Shown here one piece after another: positions 52,046-64,000 of a stretch of DNA of 64,000 nt (positions within the stretch are counted from its first letter, which is position 1; each line of letters opens with the position of its first letter). The position numbers and the translations under genes are program-made. Source of the stretch: Macrostomum hystrix. Taxonomy: Eukaryota; Animalia; Platyhelminthes. Below the pieces are notes generated by a model. That model was not told the origin of the DNA and did no database searches. It saw only the letters and a list, made by a program, of their open reading frames with translations. The DNA lies in contig CATNEN010000007.1 of the NCBI GenBank assembly GCA_950097015.1, positions 7,440,001 through 7,504,000 of the forward strand, in the 5' to 3' direction.

Positions 52046-52544
52046 TCCCTCAATTCTCATGAATTTTCTTACTCAAAAACGTAGTTTCTCCCGTTGTTTT
52101 CGAGGAAACTTTAGAAAGTTTTCCTACCCTTCTCAATGCCTAAACGGGGCTACGGCTTCACGGCCACTTCGCAAGTACCTTAGCAACCAATTCCATCCCA
52201 GATTCCTGCTCAAAATCTGGCACCCTACTATTTTTTCATAAAAATTGTCGGCACGCGGCCTCCTGTTTTGTGAATTCTTAATCGCCCACTGGAGCCCGGC
52301 TGTCTGGGGGAAAACTCCTCAAATAGGGGAGAGAAGTTGCGCAGAGTTAGGGGGAGCCGCACTTTGTTGGCCAGGATCGGCGGTGTTTGCGCAATGGAAT
52401 TAAATCCCCTTGTGCCTGCGCCCTGCGGCACGACCTAACAGTTGAAGGGTTGGGGAGAGCGGCCATTGGAGATGCTTCGAGAACTCCCGCTGCCAGGGAT
52501 ACTGATGGAGGATAGCTAGAGCGGACTAGGTCACAGCACAGTCC

Positions 52545-52561
52545 ATCTATCTATCTATCTG

Positions 52562-52592
<31 letters not shown>

Positions 52593-52593
52593 G

Positions 52594-52641
<48 letters not shown>
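52545..52641. repeat. (TCTA)n microsatellite
   Basis: Tetranucleotide run. Confidence 0.95.
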
Positions 52642-52918
52642 GCAATTCTACAATATTTCTGTAAATTCCCTGACAGAAAAACTGGGGCAAATTTTATGAC
52701 ATAATTTGGTGCCACTTGAATCGGCTGTCCCGTAGCCCACCCCGGCACCGGATGTGAGCTGGCACTGAATGGCTTAGTCGGCCTGTTAGAGTGTGAGCAG
52801 TGCTCAAAACTGCAATCACTCAGAAACGGTCAGTGAAACTGACGGCAATAAATGAATTTTATGATTGCTGCCAGCACCCTGAAGACAGCTTTGTGAGCAC
52901 TGTGCTCACAAGGGAGCT

Positions 52919-54462
52919 TGGTTAGAGCGTGTCTAAGAGACAGTCCAGTGGTTAGAGCGTGTCTAAGAGACAGTCCAGTGGTTAGAGCGTGTCTAAGAGA
53001 CAGTCCAGTGTTTAGAGCGTGTCTAAGAGACAGTCCAGTGGTTAGAGCGTGTCTAAGAGACAGTCCAGTGGTTAGAGCATGTCTAAGAGACAGTCCAGTG
53101 GTTAGAGCGTGTCTAAGAGACAGTCCAGTGGTTAGAGCGTGTCTAAGAGACAGTCCAGTGGTTAGAGCGTGTCTAAGAGACAGTCCAGTGGTTAGAGCAT
53201 GTCTAAGAGACAGTCCAGTGGTTAGAGCGTGTCTAAGAGACAGTCCAGTGGTTAGAGCGTGTCTAAGAGACAGTCCAGTGGTTAGAGCGTGTCTAAGAGA
53301 CAGTCCAGTGGTTAGAGCGTGTCTAAGAGACAGTCCAGTGGTTAGAGCATGTCTAAGAGACAGTCCAGTGGTTAGAGCGTGTCTAAGAGACAGTCCAGTG
53401 GTTAGAGCGTGTCTAAGAGACAGTCCAGTGGTTAGAGCGTGTCTAAGAGACAGTCCAGTGGTTAGAGCGTGTCTAAGAGACAGTCCAGTGGTTAGAGCGT
53501 GTCTAAGAGACAGTCCAGTGGTTAGAGCGTGTCTAAGAGACAGTCCAGTGGTTAGAGCGTGTCTAAGAGACAGTCCAGTGGTTAGAGCAGTGTCTAAGAG
53601 ACAGTCCAGTGGTTAGAGCGTGTCTAAGAGACAGTCCAGTGGTTAGAGCGTGTCTAAGAGACAGTCCAGTGGTTAGAGCGTGTCTAAGAGACAGTCCAGT
53701 GGTTAGAGCGTGTCTAAGAGACAGTCCAGTGGTTAGAGCGTGTCTAAGAGACAGTCCAGTGGTTAGAGCGTGTCTAAGAGACAGTCCAGTGGTTAGAGCG
53801 TGTCTAAGAGACAGTCCAGTGGTTAGAGCGTGTCTAAGAGACAGTCCAGTGGTTAGAGCGTGTCTAAGAGACAGTCCAGTGGTTAGAGCATGTCTAAGAG
53901 ACAGTCCAGTGGTTAGAGCGTGTCTAAGAGACAGTCCAGTGGTTAGAGCATGTCTAAGAGACAGTCCAGTGGTTAGAGCGTGTCTAAGAGACAGTCCAGT
54001 GGTTAGAGCAGTGTCTAAGAGACAGTCCAGTGGTTAGAGCGTGTCTAAGAGACAGTCCAGTGGTTAGAGCATGTCTAAGAGACAGTCCAGTGGTTAGAGC
54101 GTGTCTAAGAGACAGTCCAGTGGTTAGAGCGTGTCTAAGAGACAGTCCAGTGGTTAGAGCGTGTCTAAGAGACAGTCCAGTGGTTAGAGCGTGTCTAAGA
54201 GACAGTCCAGTGGTTAGAGCGTGTCTAAGAGACAGTCCAGTGGTTAGAGCGTGTCTAAGAGACCGTCCAGTGGTTAGAGCGTGTCTAAGAGACAGTCCAG
54301 TGTTTAGAGCGTGTCTAAGAGACAGTCCAGTGGTTAGAGCGTGTCTAAGAGACAGTCCAGTGGTTAGAGCGTGTCTAAGAGACAGTCCAGTGGTTAGAGC
54401 GTGTCTAAGAGACAGTCCAGTGGTTAGAGCGTGTCTAAGAGACAGTCCAGTGGTTAGAGCGT
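52919..54462 (+). repeat. 30-bp minisatellite GGTTAGAGCGTGTCTAAGAGACAGTCCAGT, about 51 copies, derived from a tRNA-like head
   Basis: Highly homogeneous tandem copies. The last unit continues as a tRNA-like sequence with a B box. Confidence 0.95.
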
Positions 54463-54570
54463 CTGACCGAGTGTTCGGGAGTTCGAATCGCAGCTCGGCT
54501 CGAGGGTGGTTGCGGCGGACTCCCTTGTCCACGGACTGAACAGCAAGCTAACAGACTGCAACCGCCATGC
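54440..54570 (+). mobile_element. tRNA-derived SINE-like head (second family)
   Basis: CAGTCCAGTGGTTAGAGCGTCTGAC (A box/D-arm-like) followed by GGAGTTCGAATC (B box, 54478-54489). Downstream GTCCACGGACTGAACAGCA matches 4630-4648 at 18/19 nt. Confidence 0.55.
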
Positions 54571-55036
54571 AATAGCTGCGGCTGTCACTGGCTACATCTG
54601 GACCCAGAGTCACTAGTCATAGCTCTGCCTGCTATGTCACCCAATTGTGCCTGAGTGCAATGAAGCGAGCTAGTCCGACTCAAATCCATTGAAATGTTTC
54701 GGGCACTTGTTGATTGGCAGAGCAATCATTGTTCCCTTGACACTCCGGGCTGTTGCGTAATCTGTCAGTCCCGCGTGTGCTGCAGGCCTTCTGACCCCGG
54801 CTGCGAAAGCTCAGGAAGTCACTAACCCCAGGCACTAGCCCCACATCCACCAAATATTGTTTTCTGGGATTTTGAATGGACCCAAGCTGTCAAAAAAGCA
54901 ATTTTCTTAGCCCGGGGCGATTTGAGAATAATCTCATGTTTGCTGAATAATGAGTTTCATTGAGCTGCTTATTTGCGGACGTTGTTAGAAGACATGACCA
55001 GTATTGACTGCGTTAAGATGGTGATTTAAATTTACT

Positions 55037-55290
<254 letters not shown>

Positions 55291-55734
55291 TACTATACTA
55301 ATTCACTATATAAAGTGAATTAGTATTTTACACTTGCTTATAAACTGCAGGAGCCGTTAGTCACAGGTAAATCTCTCCCCCAGCTATTCAAGCGAATCCT
55401 GTTTAGTTTGCACCTGCCCTGCCTGGGTCTAGCTCTGAGTTTGAGTAGCAATCCCCTCGCCGCCAAGTGGCCCGCGCCGTCCTCAGGGAATTTCCTTCGC
55501 CATCCGCAGCTGAGTTTGAGCTCACAATCAGGCCGGATACCGGATGCGGCTTCACAATTGGCCGAGCAGGAAGGAGGCGGGAGTTTGGGGGCTGCGGCTG
55601 GGCAGGCAGCGGGTGTCAACTACCGTTCTCCCTCCCCACCCGCCGCTCACGCTCTGCCTCACCTGCACTACCGGTTTTTCTCCCAAAAGGAACTCCTTGG
55701 AACTGCACAATTAATGGCTAGCTACTGGCGGATG

Positions 55735-56115
55735 CCTTATCCCTGTCTATCAATCCTTATCCATGTCTATCAATCCTTATCCCTGTCTATCAATCCTTAT
55801 CCCTGTCTATCAATCCTTATCCATGCCTATCAATCCTTATCCCTGTCTATCAATCCTTATCCCTGTCTATCAATCCTTATCCCTGTCTATCAATCCTTAT
55901 CCCTGTCTATCAATCCTTATCCCTGTCTATCAATCCTTATCCATGTCTATCAATCCTTATCCCTGTCTATCAATCCTTATCCATGTCTATCAATCCTTAT
56001 CCATGTCTATCAATCCTTATCCCTGTCTATCAATCCTTATCAGTATCTATCATTCTTTACTACTGTCTATCAATCCTTATCCCTGTCTATCAGTCCTTGT
56101 CACTGTCAATCAATC
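55735..56115. repeat. 20-bp minisatellite CCCTGTCTATCAATCCTTAT
   Basis: Tandem repeats. Confidence 0.93.
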
Positions 56116-56354
56116 CTAATCTTTGCCTATATGTCCTATACCACATCTTCTATTCTACCTGTTTTCTACTTTATTTTCATTTCTTTTCATTTTCAAAATA
56201 TTAAAAACAGCGTCAAATTGTCTGCCGAAATTGTCCTGCCAAATCGAAATGCCAGCAAGCTAGGTTGGAGGTGCGCACAATAGGCTTAATAACACCGTAG
56301 GAGGTTAAGCTGGATTAACAGTTGAAAATCATTTTCAAGCTCGACCGTAAAAAA

Positions 56355-56356
<2 letters not shown>

Positions 56357-56388
<32 letters not shown>
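56357..56388. repeat. (TGC)n microsatellite
   Basis: About 10 trinucleotide copies. Confidence 0.9.
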
Positions 56389-56627
56389 GACAAAACTCAT
56401 CAGTCAAAAACTTTGTCGCTTAAAAGAAATTGAAAGCTGGCGAGTGTAAGGGGCTTCTCTGTCCGACAGCAAACCGCAATTTATGAGTATTTACACTGGA
56501 CAGCAAACGAATAAGCAAGACTGAAGCTGGGATTTCACTTTTAACTTTACAAAAAGTTTGAAAAATGTTTTATTTTTCAGCGGCATAATTAAGTCCAAAT
56601 CGTTCATTCCTTTCCTCGCCGCCACAG

Positions 56628-56867
56628 ATGAAGGTTATCGTCAAGGTGGTGTCCAAGGAAACTGGCGGACTAACCTGCATTTCTGCCGACAGTCGCAGGC
56701 GCCAGGTGACAGTTTTCGACCCAGCACCGCTTCATCATCATCGCTCCTCAGCTGCCAGCACCTCCACCGTTTCTGCTGCATCACCAGCGACAACTGCTGC
56801 CGGTTTGGGAAAACTGGCGCCAAAATTGTTCTCGTTTGATGCCGTTTTCACCGAGGAGAGCAGCCTT
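56628..56867 (+). CDS. KIF26: KIF26-like kinesin motor domain exon (first strand through FSFDAVF)
   Basis: ccacag|ATG AAG GTT...CTT|gtgagt, 240 nt. MKVIVKV...DSRRRQVTVFDP...PKLFSFDAVF corresponds to KIF26 KVKVMLRI...DPRKKQITLYDP...PKMFAFDAVF. Confidence 0.92.
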
Positions 56868-56885
56868 GTGAGTTCCACTGATTAC

Positions 56886-58895
56886 TGCTGGTGCTTTGAG
56901 TAGCCAGCTGGTGATTTGAGTAGCCAGCTGGTGATTTGAGTAGCCAGCTGGTGATTTGAACAACCAGCTGGTGATTTGAGTAGCCAGCTGGTGATTTGAG
57001 TAGCCAGCTGGTGATTTGAGTAGCCAGCTGGTGATTTGAGCAGCCAGCTATTGATTTGAGTAGCCAGCTATTGATTTGAGTAGCCAGCTGGTGATTTGAG
57101 CAGCCAGCTGGTGATTTGAGCAGCCAGCTGGTGCTTTGAGTAGCCAGCTGTTGATTTGAGCAGCCAGCTGTTGATTTGAGCAGCCAGCTGGTGATTTGAG
57201 TGGCCAGCTGGTGCTTTGAGTAGCCAGCTGGTGTTTTCAGTAGCCAGCTGTTGATTTGAGCAGCCAGCTGGTGATTTGAGCAGCCAGCTGGTGATTTGAG
57301 TAGCCAGCTGGTGATTTGAGTAGCCAGCTGGTGATTTGAGTAGCCAGCTGGTGTTTTCAGTAGCCAGCTGTTGATTTGAGCAGCCAGCTGGTGATTTGAG
57401 CAGCCAGCTGGTGATTTGAGTGGCCAGCTGGTGCTTTGAGTAGCCAGCTGGTGTTTTCAGTAGCCAGCTGTTGATTTGAGCAGCCAGCTGGTGATTTGAG
57501 TAGCCAGCTGGTGATTTGAGTAGCCAGCTGGTGCTTTGAGTAGCCAGCTGGTGTTTTCAGTAGCCAGCTGGTGCTTTGAGTAGCCAGCTGGTGTTTTCAG
57601 TAGCCAGCTGTTGATTTGAGCAGCCAGCTGGTGATTTGAGCAGCCAGCTGGTGATTTGAGTGGCCAGCTGGTGATTTGAGTAGCCAGCTGGTGTTTTCAG
57701 TAGCCAGCTGTTGATTTGAGCAGCCAGCTGGTGATTTGAGCAGCCAGCTGGTGATTTGAGTGGCCAGCTGGTGATTTGAGTAGCCAGCTGGTGATTTGAG
57801 TAGCCAGCTGGTGATTTGAGTAGCCAGCTGGTGCTTTGAGTAGCCAGCTGGTGATTTGAGTAGCCAGCTGGTGATTTGAGTAGCCAGCTGGTGATTTGAG
57901 CAGCCAGCTGGTGATTTGAGTGGCCAGCTGGTGATTTGAGTAGCCAGCTGGTGATTTGAGCAGCCAGCTGGTGATTTGAGTAGCCAGCTGGTGATTTGAG
58001 TAGCCAGCTGGTGATTTGAGTGGCCAGCTGGTGATTTGAGTAGCCAGCTGGTGATTTGAGCAGCCAGCTGGTGATTTGAGTAGCCAGCTGGTGATTTGAG
58101 CAGCCAGCTGGTGATTTGAGCAGCCAGCTGGTGATTTGAGTAGCCAGCTGGTGTTTTCAGTAGCCAGCTGTTGATTTGAGCAGCCAGCTGGTGATTTGAG
58201 CAGCCAGCTGGTGATTTGAGTGGCCAGCTGGTGATTTGAGTAGCCAGCTGGTGTTTTCAGTAGCCAGCTGTTGATTTGAGCAGCCAGCTGGTGATTTGAG
58301 CAGCCAGCTGGTGATTTGAGTGGCCAGCTGGTGATTTGAGTAGCCAGCTGGTGATTTGAGTAGCCAGCTGGTGATTTGAGTAGCCAGCTGGTGATTTGAG
58401 CAGCCAGCTGGTGATTTGAGTAGCCAGCTGGTGATTTGAGCAGCCAGCTGGTGATTTGAGTAGCCAGCTGGTGATTTGAGTGGCCATCTGGTGATTTGAG
58501 TAGCCAGCTGGTGATTTGAGTAGCCAGCTGGTGATTTGAGTAGCCAGCTGGTGATTTGAGTAGCCAGCTGGTGATTTGAGCAGCCAGCTGGTGATTTGAG
58601 TAGCCAGCTGGTGATTTGAGCAGCCAGCTGGTGATTTGAGTAGCCAGCTGGTGATTTGAGCAGCCAGCTGGTGATTTGAGCTAGCCAGCTGGTGATTTGA
58701 GCAGCCAGCTGGTGATTTGAGCAGCCAGCTGGTGATTTGAGCAGCCAGCTAGTGCGGGGCCAGCTGGTGATTTGAGCAGCCAGCTGGTGATTTGAGCAGC
58801 CAGCTGGTGATTTGAGCAGCCAGCTGGTGATTTGAGCAGCCAGCTGGTGATTTGAGTAGCCAGCTGGTGATTTGAGCAGCCAGCTATTGCGGGGC
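56886..58895. repeat. 20-bp minisatellite TAGCCAGCTGGTGATTTGAG, about 100 copies
   Basis: Tandem repeats starting about 20 nt after the donor. Confidence 0.97.
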
Positions 58896-59952
58896 CAGGT
58901 AGTCTTTGTATGAGTCTAAAAGGCAGAATAAAGGTAAAAGTTCTTTAATGAGAAAGAGCAAATAAGTTAACCAGATCAGTGGATGGCTTTTCCAAATCAA
59001 GTTTATAATCCGGCAGACACTAAATTACGCTAGTCAGACGTCATATAGCTTTATATTTCCGCATCCAGTGTTTTGCCATCACACTGTTCTGTGGTTTGCG
59101 TGCGTCATCAATCACCTGAAATTTCTCCAGCTTCAGGCCCATTGAGTTTGCATTGTCAGTGTTTTTTCTGCTTAGTGAGCAGACGCAGGGAAAAAGGGAA
59201 AATGAATAAATGCTCGCTCAGCTAGCGGAAATGTCATTCGCGGCGACTCTGTGATCGCCGACTTCCCAGCAACCGCTGCAATCTGCGCACCTGGGGCTGA
59301 GGCGCATCGCCTGGTAATCAGTTTCCGGGGAGGGCGGAAGGTCGGTCCTCCACTATCGCCGATCCCATGTTGGGAGAAAAATTGCCAGCTAAATCCCAAC
59401 CCGGCTCATTGCTGTCATGCAAATCAGAGGCGGCCGACTGAAGCGATAAAAATGCCGCCGGGCCGGTGAGCTTTTATTGTCTCCCGAGCTGCAGCCCCGC
59501 TCGAGATCGATCGTGTCGAGGCATGGGGAAAAAACTGGTGAAAAATTGGACTCTTGAAGCGGGTTTGCCGACTTCGCAGGGCAGGGCTCTCCCGCTTCCT
59601 CCCGCTTCCTCCCGCTTCCTTCCTCTCCCGCTCCTCATCCCAAATTGCTCGCTCTCCGGTCTCAAGCCAGAAGAAGCGGTTGTAAAAAACGGTTGCTGCT
59701 GCTGCTTCCTTTGATGCCGCTGATTTACAGCTTCCGCAGTGGTAACCAGACTTATATTTCTCATTTCGGGCTCCTCTCTCTGCATCTCCCTCCTACATTC
59801 TCCCCTAGACCATTCAAGCTCGTGACCCACGCAATTTCCACTGCAGCCTGGCCACCCTCCTGGAGATTTCTGAAAGCAACTAGGAGAATCAGATGGGCCT
59901 GACTTGTTTTCTCATTGATTAAAAGGAAGCGCTGGTGATAAAATCATGAATT

Positions 59953-62472
59953 AGGCAAAGTAGAACAGTCTAGGGCCGGTGTAAGACAGGCTCCCAGTGA
60001 TCCAGGATGGGTAAAGTAGGACAGTCTAGGGCCGGTGTAAGACAGGCTCCCAGTGATCCAGGATGGGTAAAGTAGGACAGACTAGGGCCGGTGTAAGACA
60101 GGCTCCCAGTGATCCAGGATGGGTAAAGTAGGACAGACTAGGGCCGGTGTAAGACAGGCTCCCAGTGATCCAGGATGGGCAAAGTAGGACAGTCTAGGGC
60201 CGGTGTGAGACAGGCTCCCAGTGATCCAGGATGGGCAAAGTAGGACAGTCTAGGGCCGGTGTGAGACAGGCTCCCAGTGATCCAGGATGAGCAAAGTAGG
60301 ACAGTCTAGGGCCGGTGTGAGACAGGCTCCCAGTGATCCAGGATGGGCAAAGTAGGACAGACTAGGGCCAGTGTGAGACAGGCTCCCAGTGATCTAGGAT
60401 GGGCAAAGTAGGACAGTCTAGGGCCGGTGTGAGACAGGCTCCCAGTGATCCAGGATGGGCAAAGTAGGACCTAGGGCCGGTGTGAGACAGGCTCCCAGTG
60501 ATCCAGGATGGGCAAAGTAGGACAGTCTAGGGCCGGTGTGAGACAGGCTCCCAGTGATCCAGGATGGGCAAAGTAGGACAGACTAGGGCCGGTGTGAGAC
60601 AGGCTCCCAGTGATCCAGGATAGGTAAAGTAGGACAGTCTAGGGCCAGTGTGAGACAGGCTCCCAGTGATCCAGGATGGGCAAAGTAGGACAGTCTAGGG
60701 CCGGTGTGAGACAGGCTCCCAGTGATCCAGGATGGGCAAAGTAGGACAGTCTAGGGCCGGTGTGAGACAGGCTCCCAGTGATCCAGGATGGGCAAAGTAG
60801 GACAGTCTAGGGCCGGTGTGAGACAGGCTCCCAGTGATCCAGGATGGGCAAAGTAGGACAGTCTAGGGCCAGTGTGAGACAGGCTCCCAGTGATCCAGGA
60901 TGGGCAAAGTAGGACAGTCTAGGGCCGGTGTGAGACAGGCTCCCAGTGATCCAGGATGGGCAAAGTAGGACAGTACTAGGGCCGGTGTGAGACAGGCTCC
61001 CAGTGATCCAGGATGGGCAAAGTAGGACAGTCTAGGGCCGGTGTGAGACAGGCTCCCAGTGATCCAGGATGGGCAAAGTAGGACAGTCTAGGGCCGGTGT
61101 GAGACAGGCTCCCAGTGATCCAGGATGGGCAAAGTAGGACAGTACTAGGGCCGGTGTGAGACAGGCTCCCAGTGATCCAGGATGGGCAAAGTAGGACAGA
61201 CTAGGGCCAGGTGTGAGACAGGCTCCCAGTGATCCTAGGATGGGCAAAGTAGGACAGTCTAGGGCCGGTGTGAGACAGGCTCCCAGTGATCCAGGATGGG
61301 CAAAGTAGGACAGACTAGGGCCGGTGTGAGACAGGCTCCCAGTGATCCAGGATGGGCAAAGTAGGACAGACTAGGGCCGGTGTGAGACAGGCTCCCAGTG
61401 ATCCAGGATGGGTAAAGTAGGACAGTACTAGGGCCAGGTGTGAGACAGGCTCCCAGTGATCCAGGATGGGCAAAGTAGGACAGTCTAGGGCCGGTGTGAG
61501 ACAGGCTCCCAGTGATCCAGGATGGGCAAAGTAGGACAGTCTAGGGCCGGTGTGAGACAGGCTCCCAGTGATCCAGGATGGGCAGAGTAGGACAGTACTA
61601 GGGCCGGTGTGAGACAGGCTCCCAGTGATCCAGGATGGGCAAAGTAGGACAGTACTAGGGCCGGTGTGAGACAGGCTCCCAGTGATCCAGGATGGGCAAA
61701 GTAGGACAGTCTAGGGCCGGTGTGAGACAGGCTCCCAGTGATCCAGGATGGGCAAAGTAGGACAGTACTAGGGCCGGTGTGAGACAGGCTCCCAGTGATC
61801 CAGGATGGGTAAAGTAGGACAGTACTAGGGCCGGTGTGAGACAGGCTCCCAGTGATCCAGGATGGGTAAAGTAGGACAGTCTAGGGCCGGTGTGAGACAG
61901 GCTCCCAGTGATCCAGGATGGGCAAAGTAGGACCTAGGGCCGGTGTGAGACAGGCTCCCAGTGATCCAGGATGGGCAAAGTAGGACCTAGGGCCGGTGTG
62001 AGACAGGCTCCCAGTGATCCAGGATGGGCAAAGTAGGACCTAGGGCCGGTGTGAGACAGGCTCCCAGTGATCCAGGATGGGTAAAGTAGGACAGACTAGG
62101 GCCGGTGTGAGACAGGCTCCCAGTGATCCAGGATGGGCAAAGTAGGACAGACTAGGGCCGGTGTGAGACAGGCTCCCAGTGATCCAGGATGGGTAAAGTA
62201 GGACAGACTAGGGCCGGTGTGAGACAGGCTCCCAGTGATCCAGGATGGGCAAAGTAGGACAGACTAGGGCCGGTGTGAGACAGGCTCCCAGTGATCCAGG
62301 ATGGGTAAAGTAGGACAGACTAGGGCCGGTGTGAGACAGGCTCCCAGTGATCCAGGATGGGCAAAGTAGGACAGACTAGGGCCGGTGTGAGACAGGCTCC
62401 CAGTGATCCAGGATGGGTAAAGTAGGACAGACTAGGGCCGGTGTGAGACAGGCTCCCAGTGATCCAGGATGG
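59953..62472. repeat. 56-bp minisatellite CTAGGGCCGGTGTGAGACAGGCTCCCAGTGATCCAGGATGGGCAAAGTAGGACAGT, about 45 copies
   Basis: Tandem repeats. Confidence 0.97.
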
Positions 62473-62566
62473 ACTCGAGTACGATTGAAGACAGACTCGA
62501 TTACACAATCAAAGCCACTTTCATGTGGGCTAGATTCCCTTTTTCACTGCTCAAATGTCATTTCAG

Positions 62567-62660
62567 CCGGAGCTGTGCTCAGCGGCCCTGCCGGACATCA
62601 TCCAAGGCGTTGTCAACGGATCCGACGGCTGCGTGTTTGTCTTCGGCTATGGCGGACTCG
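62567..62660 (+). CDS. KIF26: KIF26-like kinesin motor exon leading into the P-loop
   Basis: tttcag|CCG...CTC G|gtgagt. PELCSAALPDIIQGVVNGSDGCVFVFGYGGLG corresponds to KIF26 [32 protein letters not shown]. The gene continues beyond the window. Confidence 0.92.
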
Positions 62661-64000
62661 GTGAGTTCATATTAACAAACCGTTTACACTTGCATGCTTC
62701 TGTTTGACTTAAAGACCAATCAGACACCCGAAGTGATTTTTCAGACAAGAGTTGTTGAGGAAACTAAGTGTATAAATCAGCAGCGGTGGCACAATGGAAT
62801 CAGATTAGTCTTTGAAACACAAACTCAGTAGCGGCCATTAATCGTGTCCATCAGATAATAATCTTACAATAAGACAAAGCCGATTTCGTGAGTGCCAACG
62901 AAAGGACAGTGAAATGTAAATGCGATTTGCAAGAATTCTCCCCCCCACCCTCAGCCAAGGATTTCTGTCCTCTTCAGGGCGTTGCTAAGTGCGGGAGAGC
63001 TAACACACACACGCGCACAATCGCATGGCCCTTTCGTCCTTTCAGTATCACCCCAAAAAGTCAGCATGCGGTGAAACTTTAGCATCCGCAACAGGGGGAG
63101 AGGGCAGCAACTGCAAGGAATATCCCGTATCCCAGTGGGGCTGCCAAACTAGCTCTCCTCCCCTACAGCCTCTGCCGCCTGACCCTTCAAAGCCATCCGC
63201 TCTCAGTGAAGGCTAAAGACTTGGACGACTGTCTGCTGTCCACTTCCCACTTCACAATTCTTCAGGTCCTGAGGGGCTGGGCAGGACCCAGAACTTCAAC
63301 ATCAGGACAGACGAGCCGCAGCGCTGGATCCACACGCGGCAGGGGGGCTGGCTTGGTGGCACATAAGAAAAGAAGAACTGTTTTGCAAATCCTCTTTCCT
63401 CCTCGTTTACTCCACCGATCTTTTTCTCTCCCTCGCCTTCCCCCTCCCTCCCCCCTTCCGCCTGGGGAGGCGGCCGGTTGGCGAAAAGTCTGACAGGCCC
63501 GCTCTGAAGAGGCTGCACCCTGGGCGTCAGCTGCTTCCGGCCCTCGCCCCCCCCGGGGAGCTGCCGCCGCTCCGCATCCCACCGCTGCCACCACAATGCT
63601 CCCCCGTCTCACCAAAATCCCCAAAGCTCATCTCCGACCTGAAGTGAGGACGCAACAGGAGCTGCAACTACTTTATTCAGCACGCTGTCACGTGACTCCC
63701 AAAAAATAACATAGGAAGCGCGCTTTGACGGCCGCTACCGGTGAATCTGAAGGTCTTCGCCTAGCTAATTACCTACTATAATGAAATCTCATCAACTAGA
63801 TTCTACGAATCAATCATAGTACTGAGCTTATATCACATTTGGCATAGTTTCTCTGTCAATCATCTGAAATTCTGCTCAGACCAGAATACGCATGCATTTG
63901 CAACACACAGTTATCTACTCGCCTTCCAAGCGACCTGGAGCGCCGCACTGCTCATAATAAAGGATGGCAGCGGACAAAAGTCCCGCCTTTTCTGTCCCTT

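Noticed and set aside
50755-52062. Extension of the 50524 ORF into a 512-aa protein
   Set aside because: A good donor at 50755 joins in frame to the motor exon; the remainder is the 26-bp repeat.
59953-60020. Hammerhead ribozyme or 5S rRNA-derived satellite, as in schistosome repeats
   Set aside because: No CTGANGA...GAAA core on either strand of the unit, and only trivial similarity to 5S.
59953-62472. CRISPR-like regular arrays (also 52919-54462 and 10360-10905)
   Set aside because: Units are directly adjacent with no unique spacers, no cas genes are present, and the context is eukaryotic.

Overview
Eukaryotic, intron-rich animal DNA. GC-rich exons sit among about 35 minisatellite/microsatellite arrays that cover roughly half of the window, by my rough sum of array lengths. 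This architecture resembles the flatworm Macrostomum, which is an inference only. Three spliced genes can be assembled by hand with canonical GT-AG junctions and matching intron phases: (1) a minus-strand rhodopsin-type (class A) GPCR of about 626 aa with degenerate activation motifs; (2) a plus-strand type I membrane protein of about 489 aa (signal peptide, FN3-like domain, TM, DUF4808-like tail); (3) the 5' part of a KIF26/kinesin-11 gene that runs off the right edge. Mobile DNA comprises head-to-tail non-autonomous Helitron-like elements carrying minisatellites (1-4449) and three copies of a tRNA-derived SINE. A second SINE-like head has its A-box/D-arm segment amplified about 51 times as a 30-bp minisatellite. 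Most long ORFs in the track are translations of tandem repeats. No CRISPR array, rRNA or intact tRNA was recognised.
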